This document shows, one piece after another, positions 1 to 8,572 of a stretch of 64,000 nt of DNA. The position numbers were made by a program, and so were the translations under genes. Below the pieces are notes generated by a model that was not told where the DNA came from, did no database searches, and saw nothing but the letters and a program-made list of their open reading frames with translations. Numbering within the stretch: the stretch's first letter is position 1; each line of letters starts with the position of its first letter. The stretch is from Tagaea sp. (lineage in GTDB: Bacteria > Pseudomonadota > Alphaproteobacteria > CACIAM-22H2). The stretch is from NCBI GenBank assembly GCA_965279525.1, contig CBDIIB010000003.1, positions 1 to 64,000 on the forward strand, given 5' to 3'.

Positions 1-833
1 GCGCACTGTGCGCGACGGCGCCATAGAGATCGCGTGCCGTGAGGCTGCGGTAGAGCAGCGCCGAGATCAGCAGCGCATAGGCGGCCGCCACGGCCGCGGC
101 CTCGGTCGGCGTCGTGATGCCGCTGTAGATGCCGCCCAGCAGCACCACGGGCATCATCAGGGCCGGGAAACGCGCGCAGCGTGATGCCGGGCAGTTCGCG
201 GATCGGGACGGGCGCTTCGACCGGGAACTTCTTCGCCTTGGCCTGGCGGTCGACGATGATCATCTGGGCCGCCGCCATCATCAGGCCCGGGATCACGCCG
301 CCGATGAACAGGTAGCCGATGGAAGCATCCGAGACGAGCGCGTAGATCACCATCGGGATCGACGGCGGGATGATCGGGCCGATGACGGCCGTGGCCGCGG
401 TCAGCGCCGCCGCGAAACTCGGCGTGTAGCGGTTGTCGCGCGTCATCATGTTCTGCATGACGCGACCCGAGCCGGCGGCATCCGCGATCGCGGAACCCGA
501 CATGCCGGCGAAGATCAGGCTCTGCAGCACGTTGACCTGGGCGAGGCCGCCACGGAAGCGGCCGACCAGCGCGTTGCAGAAGGCGAGCAGGCGCTCGGTC
601 ATGCTGCCGATGTTCATCAGCTCGGCGGCGAGGATGAACAGCGGCACGGCGAGGATGACGTAGTTGGTGTACATCCCGTTGAGGAACTGCTCGGCGACGG
701 TGCCCATGTCCTGGCCCGCGAGGAACAGGTAGAAGACCGAACCGGCGATCATCGCGTGGCCGATCGGCAGGCCGAGAAGCGACAGGCCGGTGATGGCCAC
801 GAGGCAGAGCGAAAAGGGGCTCGCGAAATTCAT
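1..833 (-). CDS. dctM: TRAP transporter large permease (runs off window start; apparent +1 frameshift at ~168-170)
   Basis: ATG at 833 reads MNFASPFSLCLVAITG...LAVPLFILAAELMN...GMSGSAIADAAG...GPIIPPSIPMVIY (DctM signatures). After ITLRAF the homologous text PALMMPVVLLGGIYSGITTPTEAAAVAA continues in another frame. Confidence 0.9.
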   Translation of the reverse strand, partial: MNFASPFSLCLVAITGLSLLGLPIGHAMIAGSVFYLFLAGQDMGTVAEQFLNGMYTNYVILAVPLFILAAELMNIGSMTERLLAFCNALVGRFRGGLAQVNVLQSLIFAGMSGSAIADAAGSGRVMQNMMTRDNRYTPSFAAALTAATAVIGPIIPPSIPMVIYALVSDASIGYLFIGGVIPGLMMAAAQMIIVDRQAKAKKFPVEAPVPIRELPGITLRAFPGPDDARGAAGRHLQRHHDADRGRGRGGRLCAADLGAALPQPHGTRSLWRRRAQC

Positions 834-1344
834 ACGCCCGAGCTCGCCTTGGTGGGATCGAAGGCTTCCGGCGCCTTGCCGCGCATTGCCTGAGGCACCC
901 AGCCACATGTAGCGGGCGATCGCGGCGACCGCGAACAGCACGTAGATCGAGAACAGCCAGTCGAAGCGGATCTTCATGTAGGCCGTGCGCTGGACGCGCA
1001 TGAACATGACGTAGTCGACGACCGCCGGCAGCGACATGGCGTAGAGCACGACCAGCGAGACGGCGGAGAGGATGCACATGATGCGGCGCGTCGACGGACC
1101 GACGGCGCCGTAGATCAGGTCGAAGCGGATCTCGTCGCTCTCGCGCACGACGAACGCCGCACCCCCACAGGACGAGCCAGATCCACATGACGACGCTGAG
1201 CTCGTGCGACCAGCCGACGGGCAGATCGAGCGCGTAGCGGAAGACGATCTGCACGAGGAAGGCGAGGAACATGACCGCGAGCATCGCGGCCGCGACGTTC
1301 TCGGCCCGCAGCTCGAGCCAGCGGTAGACTGCGGGGAAATTCAT
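830..1344 (-). CDS. dctQ: TRAP transporter small permease (two apparent +1 frameshifts, ~1162-1166 and ~893)
   Basis: MNFPAVYRWLELRAENVAAAMLAVMFLAFLVQIVFRYALDLPVGWSHELSVVMWIWLVLWG, then AAFVVRESDEIRFDLIY...TAYMKIRFDWLFSIY in the next frame, then QAMRGKAPEAFDPTKASSGV-TGA overlapping the dctM ATG. Confidence 0.85.
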
Positions 1345-1366
1345 GGACGTGCCGGACCGGGTGACG

Positions 1367-1393
1367 GCGAGGGGGCCGGGAAGGCCCCCTCGC
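1367..1393. terminator. 11-bp GC-rich hairpin between dctP and dctQ (mRNA stabiliser or partial terminator)
   Basis: GCGAGGGGGCC-gggaa-GGCCCCCTCGC perfect inverted repeat just after the inferred dctP stop at 1406. Confidence 0.55.
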
Positions 1394-1405
1394 GCGCCGG
1401 TTGCG

Positions 1406-2393
1406 TTAGAGAGCGTTGATCTTCTGCACCATGCCGGCCGGCCATGCTCTTGGCGAGGTCGGAAGCGAGGTACATCTTCTGTGCGTGGTCGCGGAACGCG
1501 GCCTGGTCGGGCGCGTAGACGTCCAGACCCTGCGCCTTGAAGAAGTCGACGAGTTCCTTCTCCTTCTTGGCGTGCTCGGCGTTGCTCCAGTTGACGGCGC
1601 TGTCGGCGGCGGCCTGGAACGCGGCCTGCTTGGCCCCGCTCATTTCCTTCCACACCTTGCTCGAAACCGTGAGCAGGTCGAAGCCCACGAGGTGCGAGGT
1701 CAGCACGATCTGGCCGCTCACTTCGTAGAACTTCATGTTCTGCACGTTCGGCAGCGGATTGTCCTGGCCGTCGATCGCACCGGTCTGCAGGCCCGTGTAG
1801 ACCTCGCCGTACGCCATCGGCACCGGGTTGGCGCCGAGCGAGCGGCCGAGGAACTGCCACGCGTCGCCGCCGGGCATGCGCAGCTTGACGCCGGCGAGAT
1901 CGGCCGGCGTGTTGATCTTCTTCTTGCCGCGCAGGCCCACGTGGCGCGAGCCGAAATAGGTGGGGGCGAGGATGCGGATGCCGAGCTGGTCTTCGGCCAT
2001 CTTCTTCATCTGCTGGCCGACGTCGCTGGCGAACACCTTGCTCATGTGGTCGACGTCGCGGAACAGGTACGCGGCCGTCATGATCGACCAGGCCGGGATC
2101 TGGTTCGACACGTCCTGCGGGGCGATGTTGCCCATCTCGAGATTGCCGCGCTGCATGGCGACGAGCTCGGTGCCCTGCTTGAACAGGTTGCCGCCGTAGT
2201 AGTTCTGCACCGTGTAGTCCGCACCGACCGCGGCGGTGAAGCGCTTCATCATCTCGGCGCGGATGTCCTGCTCGGAGAACACGGCCGAGAAGCGCAGCGT
2301 CGGCTTGGCCTGCGCGCGTGCGCCGGAGGCGGAAAGGGCGAGTGCGGCCGTACCGGCTGCAAGGAAGGTGCGCCTGTTGGGGGTCAGCGTCAT
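1406..2393 (-). CDS. dctP: TRAP transporter substrate-binding protein, Tat signal (apparent +1 frameshift at ~1445)
   Basis: NRRTFL Tat motif; DLAGVKLRMP, LGANPVPMAYGEVYTGLQTGAIDGQDNP, KFYEV DctP motifs. Removing one base at ~1445 gives a normal C-terminus LAKSWPAGMVQKINAL-TAA (1406-1408). Confidence 0.9.
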
Positions 2394-2474
2394 CTGGGGT
2401 CTCCTCCACGGGGAAGTGCGCGTTATGCGTCTGAGCGTCGGAATATTCTATATGAGGAACAAAGTTTCAATCTA

Positions 2475-2499
2475 AAAATCTCGTTTCATCATAGATTTT
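2475..2499. promoter_or_regulatory. Candidate operator in the divergent TRAP/GntR promoter
   Basis: AAAATCT-N11-AGATTTT inverted repeat in an AT-rich intergenic region. Confidence 0.4.
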
Positions 2500-2570
2500 C
2501 ATTTTTATCGTAGTTTCGGTGGACTCGTGCCATTGTTGTAGCCTCCGGCCATCCTTGGACAGGGACGGAC

Positions 2571-3923
2571 ATGGGCATCGAGTTCCAGACATCGACCGTC
2601 GCGGAGAAGATCTACGACCGGCTGCGCGCCGACATCATTTTCGGTCGCCTGGCACCGGGCCGCCGGCTGCGCCTCGACGGGCTTGCGCAGGATTACGGGG
2701 CGAGCGTCAGCACGCTGCGCGAGATCCTGAACCGCCTCGCGTCCGACGGTTTCGTCGTCGCCGAAGGCCAGCGCGGCTTCGGCGTGGCGCCGGTGTCGAT
2801 GGCGGACTTCAAGGAGATCGCCTCGCTGCGCCTGCTGCTGGAGATCCATGCGATCCGCCTGTGCTTCGCGGCCGGCGACGTCGAGTGGGAAGGGGCAGTC
2901 GCGGCCGCCCACCACAAGCTCGTCGCGATGGAGCGACGCATGCTCGCCGGCGAGCGCGGCGTGACCGAGCAGTGGAAGCGCTACGACCGCGAGTTCCATC
3001 AGGCGCTGATCGCCGGCTGCGGCTCGCAGACGCTGCTCGACATCTATGCCGGCGTCTACGACCGTTATCTGCGCTACCAGATGGTCGCCGTGATCTTCCG
3101 TGGTGCGACCGCCGCGGACGAGCACCAGGCACTGCTCGACTGCGCGCTGCGCCGCGATGCGGACGCCGCCGTGGCGATCCTGCAGGCGCATATCGACGGC
3201 TGCCTCGCGCACACCCGTGCCGGCGGCCTGCTCGAACCGGGTGCGGCGTATGCACCGGACGAGGATGCCGGGGCCGAGACCGTCGCCGACAACGCCTACC
3301 GGCGCATCCGGTCCGACATCCTGTCGGGCAAACTCGCACCGGGCCAGAAGCTGAAGCTCGACGCGCTCAAATCGGGCTATGCCGCCAGCGTCAGCACGCT
3401 GCGCGAGATCCTCAACCGCCTCGCGTCCGAACGGCTGGTCGTCGCGGAAGGCCAGAAGGGCTTCCACGTGGCGCCCGTGTCCGTCGCGAGCCTCCGCGAG
3501 ATCGCGGCGCTGCGCCAGCTATTGGAGTGCCACGCGCTCGAGCAGTCGTTCGCGGCGGGCGACATGGAATGGGAAGGGCGCGTCGTCGCCGCCCACCACA
3601 AGCTCGCCCGCCTCGAAGAACGCATGGCGACGGGCGATACTGAAGCGACCGCGGCATGGAAGCGCTACGACTGGCAGTTCCACCAGTCGCTGATCTCGGC
3701 GTGCGGGTCGAAGGCGCTGATCGCGGCGCACGCGGCCGTCTTCGACCGCTACCTGCGCTACCAGATGACCGCGCTCAGCTACCGCGGCGACATCGCGTCG
3801 GGCGAGCACCGGCAGATGCTGGACTGCGCGCTGAAGCGCGATTCAAGCACCGCATGCGCCGCACTGCGCCGCCATGTCGAAGGCGGCGTCGTGCATGCGC
3901 TGGCGACGGGAACGATTCGCTAG
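2571..3923 (+). CDS. Tandem-duplicated GntR/FCD (CsiR-like) transcriptional regulator, two HTH+FCD units
   Basis: Two ~225-aa units, each with YxRxRxDIxxGxLAPG, ASVSTLREILNRLAS, VAEGQxGFxVAPVS and WKRYDxxFHQxLIxxCGS. Confidence 0.9.
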   Translation: MGIEFQTSTVAEKIYDRLRADIIFGRLAPGRRLRLDGLAQDYGASVSTLREILNRLASDGFVVAEGQRGFGVAPVSMADFKEIASLRLLLEIHAIRLCFAAGDVEWEGAVAAAHHKLVAMERRMLAGERGVTEQWKRYDREFHQALIAGCGSQTLLDIYAGVYDRYLRYQMVAVIFRGATAADEHQALLDCALRRDADAAVAILQAHIDGCLAHTRAGGLLEPGAAYAPDEDAGAETVADNAYRRIRSDILSGKLAPGQKLKLDALKSGYAASVSTLREILNRLASERLVVAEGQKGFHVAPVSVASLREIAALRQLLECHALEQSFAAGDMEWEGRVVAAHHKLARLEERMATGDTEATAAWKRYDWQFHQSLISACGSKALIAAHAAVFDRYLRYQMTALSYRGDIASGEHRQMLDCALKRDSSTACAALRRHVEGGVVHALATGTIR

Positions 3924-3927
3924 GGCT

Positions 3928-5220
3928 TCAACTGCCCCAGATCTCGCGCGTGGCCGACGCGTACCAGCCGTGCGTGAAGACCGCCTCGTTGTGGCGGAAT
4001 GCCGATGCGTCTGCCGGCGTGCGCGGGCTGACGCCGCCCGCCCCCTGCACGGCGACGATGCCTTGCGGTGTGGCGCGGAAGATGTCCGCGACCGAGATGC
4101 CGTAGTCCGGCCCCACCAGCGAATAGCAGGTGTTGGCATAGACCGGCGCTTCGGCGGGCTGCGCGTTGATCGACGCGGCGATGGCGCGGGCCACGAACTT
4201 GGCCTGGCTCGACGCGGCGAAGCCCGATTTCGGCATGGCACCAGCGATCGACGCGTCGCCGATCACGTGGATGTTCTTGTGGCGCGTCGATTCGAACGTG
4301 AACGGATCGACCGGGCACCAGCCCGTGTCGTTGGCAAGGCCTGCGTCGCGCGCGATCTTGCCGGCGAACTGCGGCGGGATCACGTTGGCGACCGCCGCCT
4401 TGTGACGCTGGCCGAATTCGCTGACGAGCGTGAGCTCGCCTGGGATCACCTCGACGATCTTGCCGTCCTTGCCCAGCGGCACCCATTCGATCAGGCCCGG
4501 ATAGAGGGCGGCCCAGCCGTCCTGGAACAGCGGCTGCTTGGAGAACGCGTCCTTGGAATCGAGGGCGAGGATCTTCGAGCGCGGCTTCGTCGTCTTGAGG
4601 TAGTTCGCGATCATCGAGATGCGCTCGTAGGGCCCGGGCGGGCAGCGGAACGGGTTGCCCGGGATCGACAGCGCGACGACGCCGCCGTCGGGCATCGCCT
4701 CTAGCTGCTGGCGCAGCAGCACGGTCTGCGGACCGGCCTGCCAGGAATGCGGCATGCGCAGCGAGGCGGCCTCGTCGTAACCGTTGATGGCGCCCCAGCG
4801 CAGGTCGATGCCCGGCGAAACGACGAGCCGGTCATAGGTGAACGTCTGGCCGCCGGCGGTGCGCACGCTGCGCGCGACCGGGTCGATGGCGACGGCAAAG
4901 TCGCGCACGTGGCGCACGCCGTGCCGGCCTGTCAGTGCCGCATAGGTGTGCGTGATGTCAGACATCCGCTTCAGGCCGCCCAGCACGTAATTCGAGCCGG
5001 GGCAGGTCTGGAACTCGGACTTCGGCTCGATCAGCGTGACCGCGATGCCGGGATCCTCGAGCCGGATGAACTTGGCGGCGGTGGCGCCGCCGAAGCCGCC
5101 GCCGATGACGACGACGCGCGCCTTGGCGGGCGCTTCGCTCTGCACGGCGCAGGCGGAAAGGGCGGAAGCGGCGAGCAGCGAGCCCGTGAACCCGCGACGG
5201 GAAAGGACGATCGGTTTCAT
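3928..5220 (-). CDS. fccB: Flavocytochrome c sulfide dehydrogenase, flavoprotein subunit
   Basis: Tat signal SRRGF; VVVIGGGFGGATAAK FAD motif; CPGSN, FRCPPGPYER, MPKSGFAASSQAK and NTCYS motifs of FccB/SoxF. Confidence 0.92.
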   Translation of the reverse strand: MKPIVLSRRGFTGSLLAASALSACAVQSEAPAKARVVVIGGGFGGATAAKFIRLEDPGIAVTLIEPKSEFQTCPGSNYVLGGLKRMSDITHTYAALTGRHGVRHVRDFAVAIDPVARSVRTAGGQTFTYDRLVVSPGIDLRWGAINGYDEAASLRMPHSWQAGPQTVLLRQQLEAMPDGGVVALSIPGNPFRCPPGPYERISMIANYLKTTKPRSKILALDSKDAFSKQPLFQDGWAALYPGLIEWVPLGKDGKIVEVIPGELTLVSEFGQRHKAAVANVIPPQFAGKIARDAGLANDTGWCPVDPFTFESTRHKNIHVIGDASIAGAMPKSGFAASSQAKFVARAIAASINAQPAEAPVYANTCYSLVGPDYGISVADIFRATPQGIVAVQGAGGVSPRTPADASAFRHNEAVFTHGWYASATREIWGS

Positions 5221-5231
5221 GTCGGACTCCC

Positions 5232-5546
5232 TCAGCGCCAGTTGGCGGAAATTTCCTTGGCGATCGCCGCGATTTCGGCGTCGCTGAAGCCCTTGGCGTG
5301 GCGGTTCATCATCGTCGCCGGGCGGCGGTCGTTCTTGAAATCGAGCATCGCCTGGGCAAGCTGCGTTTCGGTGCGCCCGTTGATCGACGGGATCTCGCCC
5401 GCACTGCGCCCGGCCGGGCCGTGGCAGCCCGTGCAGGTGGCGGCCAGCGTGCGTCCGCTGGCAGGGGCCGGCGTCTGGGCGAAGGCGGGGAGCGAGAATG
5501 CGAGCGTGGCGATCGCCAGCAGCGCGAGACGGATCGGCCTGATCAT
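5232..5546 (-). CDS. fccA: Monoheme cytochrome c subunit of sulfide dehydrogenase
   Basis: Signal peptide, single CTGCH heme motif, ATMMNRHAKGF axial-Met region; directly upstream of fccB. Confidence 0.88.
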   Translation of the reverse strand: MIRPIRLALLAIATLAFSLPAFAQTPAPASGRTLAATCTGCHGPAGRSAGEIPSINGRTETQLAQAMLDFKNDRRPATMMNRHAKGFSDAEIAAIAKEISANWR

Positions 5547-5714
5547 CGGGGGGAGTTCCTCTCTGAACTTTCCATTCAGTTCAATCGAGTATGCTGAGTG
5601 CGCCGGACGATGGCAAGGCGCACAAAGGGTGTATTCGCCCGGCCTTGCCGCGCACAACCCAACGATTCTAAACACGGCCTTTAGTTTGATTGGGATCGGG
5701 GGTAAGACTCCCCG

Positions 5715-6764
5715 ATGCTCGTCGACATCGCCCTCAATTTCGCGACACCGAACGGACGCGATCCGCAACCTGCATTCGAAGATTCGTTTGCCCTCGCCCG
5801 CCAGGCGGACAGCACCGATTTCGCGGGCGTGTGGATCGCCGAGAACCATTTCCAGGGCGACCATTCGAAGGCGTCCAGCCCCGAGATGCTGCTTGCCGCC
5901 CTCGCGCGCGAGACGAAGAACCTCCAGCTCGGCTTCGGCGTGTTCCCGATGCCGATCCGCGATCCGCTGCGCATGGCCGAAATGCTCGCCACGCTCGACC
6001 TGCTTTCGAACGGGCGCGCGATGTGGTCGATCGGGCGTGGCGTCACGCCGGTCGAACTTGCCGGCTTCGGCGTGCCCTATGCCGAGGCGCTGGCCCGCAT
6101 GCTCGAAGGCCTGGGGGAACTGCGCAACATCGTCATGCGCGGCGAGGTCGAGCGCAACGGCATCCGCGAGCCCGTCAATCCGGCACCCAACGCGCGTCTG
6201 GTGCGCGGCTGGATGGCGTGCATCAGCGCGCCGACGTTCGATCTTGCGGCCGATCTGGGGATGGACGCGCAGTGCGGTCCCTACGAGCCGTGGCCGATCG
6301 CGGCCGTCAATCTCCAGCGCTATCGCGAGCGCTATCCGCAGGGCCAGTCCTCGTTCACGCTTGCCGCATTCGCGCACGAGGACCGCGCCGAGGCGCGCCG
6401 GCTTGCCGGCCCCGGCCTCGCCTGGGCCTATCGCCACATTCTCGACGGGTCGGGCCCGCTGCTGAAGACGCAGATCGAGACCAACGAGGCGTTCGCCTCG
6501 TTCCGCTGGATGGTGCCGCTGATCGAACGGCCGGTCTCGCTGCCGGCCCTCGAAGCGCTGGGCCTGGCGGTCGTCGGCACGCCCGACGATCTCGTGCGCC
6601 ATCTCGAGAAACTCGCCGCCGCCGGCCTCACGCGCGTTTCGCTGATGCTGGGGGCGGGCGACGTGGCGCGCGAATCGCTGCTCGCGTCATGCGCCCTGAT
6701 CGGCGCCAAGGTGCTTCCGCGCGTCGCCGAGCCGCGCGTCGTCACCGAAAAGCTGCTGGCCTGA
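5715..6764 (+). CDS. Luciferase-like (LLM class) flavin-dependent oxidoreductase
   Basis: VWIAENHF, PEMLLAALARET, PLRMAEMLATLDLLSNGR...GRG and VVGTPDD LLM motifs. Confidence 0.88.
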   Translation: MLVDIALNFATPNGRDPQPAFEDSFALARQADSTDFAGVWIAENHFQGDHSKASSPEMLLAALARETKNLQLGFGVFPMPIRDPLRMAEMLATLDLLSNGRAMWSIGRGVTPVELAGFGVPYAEALARMLEGLGELRNIVMRGEVERNGIREPVNPAPNARLVRGWMACISAPTFDLAADLGMDAQCGPYEPWPIAAVNLQRYRERYPQGQSSFTLAAFAHEDRAEARRLAGPGLAWAYRHILDGSGPLLKTQIETNEAFASFRWMVPLIERPVSLPALEALGLAVVGTPDDLVRHLEKLAAAGLTRVSLMLGAGDVARESLLASCALIGAKVLPRVAEPRVVTEKLLA

Positions 6765-6811
6765 AACGATAAATATTTGATTTAATTCATATAATCTGAA
6801 ATCCGGGCCAA

Positions 6812-6825
6812 TTGATCCAGATCAA
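6812..6825. promoter_or_regulatory. FNR/FixK-family binding site
   Basis: TTGAT-CCAG-ATCAA, an exact match to TTGAT-N4-ATCAA, in AT-rich DNA about 54 bp upstream of the ATG at 6879. Confidence 0.75.
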
Positions 6826-6878
6826 CGATTTACACACTAACTCCGTGTGATTGTCGGGGCCATCGAAGGAGCCCCCCG

Positions 6879-7067
6879 ATGAGCTGTCCCCGGACCTGCA
6901 TCAGCGAAGCGACCGAGAACGAGAAATCGACGTGCCGCACGTCGTGCTCGAAGGTCGAGCGCATGGTCCACGACATCCTGCGGCCTTCGCCGGTCTCGGC
7001 CGGCCTCATCCTCGCGCAGGCCGACATGCTGGCCGCCCTCGGCACGCCGGCGATGCCGCGCCTTTAA
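6879..7067 (+). CDS. Small Cys-rich hypothetical protein (62 aa, two CX3C motifs)
   Basis: AAGGAG RBS; only 5 of 62 codons end in A/T; MSCPRTC...CRTSC. Confidence 0.7.
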   Translation: MSCPRTCISEATENEKSTCRTSCSKVERMVHDILRPSPVSAGLILAQADMLAALGTPAMPRL

Positions 7068-7167
7068 TCCCCAGACTTCTGGCCCCGGGCCGTCCCGGCG
7101 CGTTGACGCTGGACCTGCCGGACTGGCAGTCTCCGGCCGGTCAAGAATCCGAAACGGGGAGATCCAG

Positions 7168-8190
7168 ATGATCGGTTCATTCGCGCGGCTTGGCGCCGCG
7201 GCATTGCTGGCGTTCGCCGCACTTCCGGCATCGGCCCAGGCACCCGTGCCGGTCAAGTTCGCGCTCGACTGGGCGCTGCAGGGCAACCATGCCGTCTTCT
7301 CGATGGCGCTCGACAAGGGCCACTTCACGCGCGAAGGCCTCGCGGTCACGATGGATCGCGGCTTCGGATCGGGCGACACGGTCACCAAGGTCGCTTCGGG
7401 CGCCTACGACATCGGCTACGCCGATCTCAACACCGTCATCCCGTTCAACGCCAATCCGGCGAACGCGAACAAGATCACCGGCGTGCTGCTGGTGATGGAC
7501 CAGTCGCTCGCCGCCGTCATCCTGCGCAAGGGCACGGTCGCCAATCCCAAGGGCCTCGAAGGCAAGAAGCTCGCCGCACCGGAAGCCGACGCCGGCCGCA
7601 TGCTGTTCCCGGCCTTCGCGCGTGCGCAGGGCATCGACGGCTCCAAGATCGTCTGGCAGACCGTCACGCCGCAGCTGCGCGAGACGCTGCTCGTCCAGAA
7701 GCAGGTCGACGGCGTCACCGGCTTCATCTCGACCAGCGTGTTCAACATCAAGATGGCGGGCGTGCCCACTTCGGACCTGATGGTCTACCGCTACAACGAA
7801 TACGGCGTGGACCTGCTGGGTTCGGCGCTGATCGTCAGCCAGTCCTTCGCCGAGAAGAACCCCGAGACGGTGCGCAAGTTCGTGCGCGCGTCGATCGCCG
7901 GGATCCGCGACGCGCTTGCCGACCCCAAGGCCGGCATGGCCCAGCTCAAGCAGCGCGACCCGCTGTTCAACGAGGCGATCGAACTCGAGCGCTTCGAGAT
8001 GGTGCGCGACCTCACGATGCTCACCGACAACGTCAAGCGCAACGGCCTGTCGGCCGTTCCCGCCGACCGTCTGGCCAAGTCGGTCGAGACGGTGGCGCAG
8101 GCCTACAACCTGGGCGGCAAGGTCAACCCGCAGGACGTCTACACCGACAAGTTCCTGCCGCCGGCCGCCGGGCGTCGCATCACGCCTTAG
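7168..8190 (+). CDS. ABC substrate-binding protein, NMT1/THI5-SsuA/TauA family (no cognate permease nearby)
   Basis: Signal peptide; KFALDW, KGHFTREGL, GFGSGDT...VASGAYDIG, LEGKKL, PETVRKFVRA motifs. Confidence 0.85.
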   Translation: MIGSFARLGAAALLAFAALPASAQAPVPVKFALDWALQGNHAVFSMALDKGHFTREGLAVTMDRGFGSGDTVTKVASGAYDIGYADLNTVIPFNANPANANKITGVLLVMDQSLAAVILRKGTVANPKGLEGKKLAAPEADAGRMLFPAFARAQGIDGSKIVWQTVTPQLRETLLVQKQVDGVTGFISTSVFNIKMAGVPTSDLMVYRYNEYGVDLLGSALIVSQSFAEKNPETVRKFVRASIAGIRDALADPKAGMAQLKQRDPLFNEAIELERFEMVRDLTMLTDNVKRNGLSAVPADRLAKSVETVAQAYNLGGKVNPQDVYTDKFLPPAAGRRITP

Positions 8191-8572
8191 CGGACCACGC
8201 GGCGATCGAGCGCCTGTACCCCTCGGGCATCGCGAGGCCGGCGATCTCGTCCGGCGCGAACAGCCCGAGGGCCTTGTGCTCGTGGCTGATGCGCGGGGTC
8301 ACGCCGGCAAGCGGCGCGCAGGCATAGGTGACGATCAGCACCTCGCCAGCACCTTTTATGTCGTAGAGCCAACTGTCGAGAATGCGCGTCACGCGCACGG
8401 CGAGGCCAAGCTCCTCGTCGATCTCGCGCACGCACGCCGCGACGGGATCCTCGCCGGCTTCGAGCCGGCCGCCGGGCAGCTCCCATTCCTCGCGCTCGTT
8501 GCGCAGCAGGCAGAACTTCCCGTCGATGGCGACCACGCCCTTGATCGAGACCGGGAAGCGCGGCGGCATCAT
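8180..8572 (-). CDS. NUDIX hydrolase
   Basis: Nudix box WELPGGRLEAGEDPVAACVREIDEELGL; start overlaps the yeeE stop. Confidence 0.88.
   Translation of the reverse strand: MMPPRFPVSIKGVVAIDGKFCLLRNEREEWELPGGRLEAGEDPVAACVREIDEELGLAVRVTRILDSWLYDIKGAGEVLIVTYACAPLAGVTPRISHEHKALGLFAPDEIAGLAMPEGYRRSIAAWSAKA

Noticed and set aside
157-2409. 750-aa minus-strand ORF spanning the TRAP genes
   Set aside because: Chimeric shadow frame; only the MNFPAVY...LWG stretch is real dctQ, joined to other frames by the indels.
5574-5590. Possible SqrR/BigR-type operator upstream of fccA (ATTC-N9-GAGT)
   Set aside because: Spacer and right half do not fit ATTC-N8-GAAT; too weak to call.
7068-7167. TPP riboswitch upstream of the NMT1/THI5-like gene
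   Set aside because: Conserved CUGAGA and ACCUGA elements are absent.
6851-7171. Alternative 106-aa TTG-start ORF overlapping the microprotein
   Set aside because: Arg/Pro/His-rich shadow-frame composition, no RBS; frame 6879-7067 has the RBS and codon bias.
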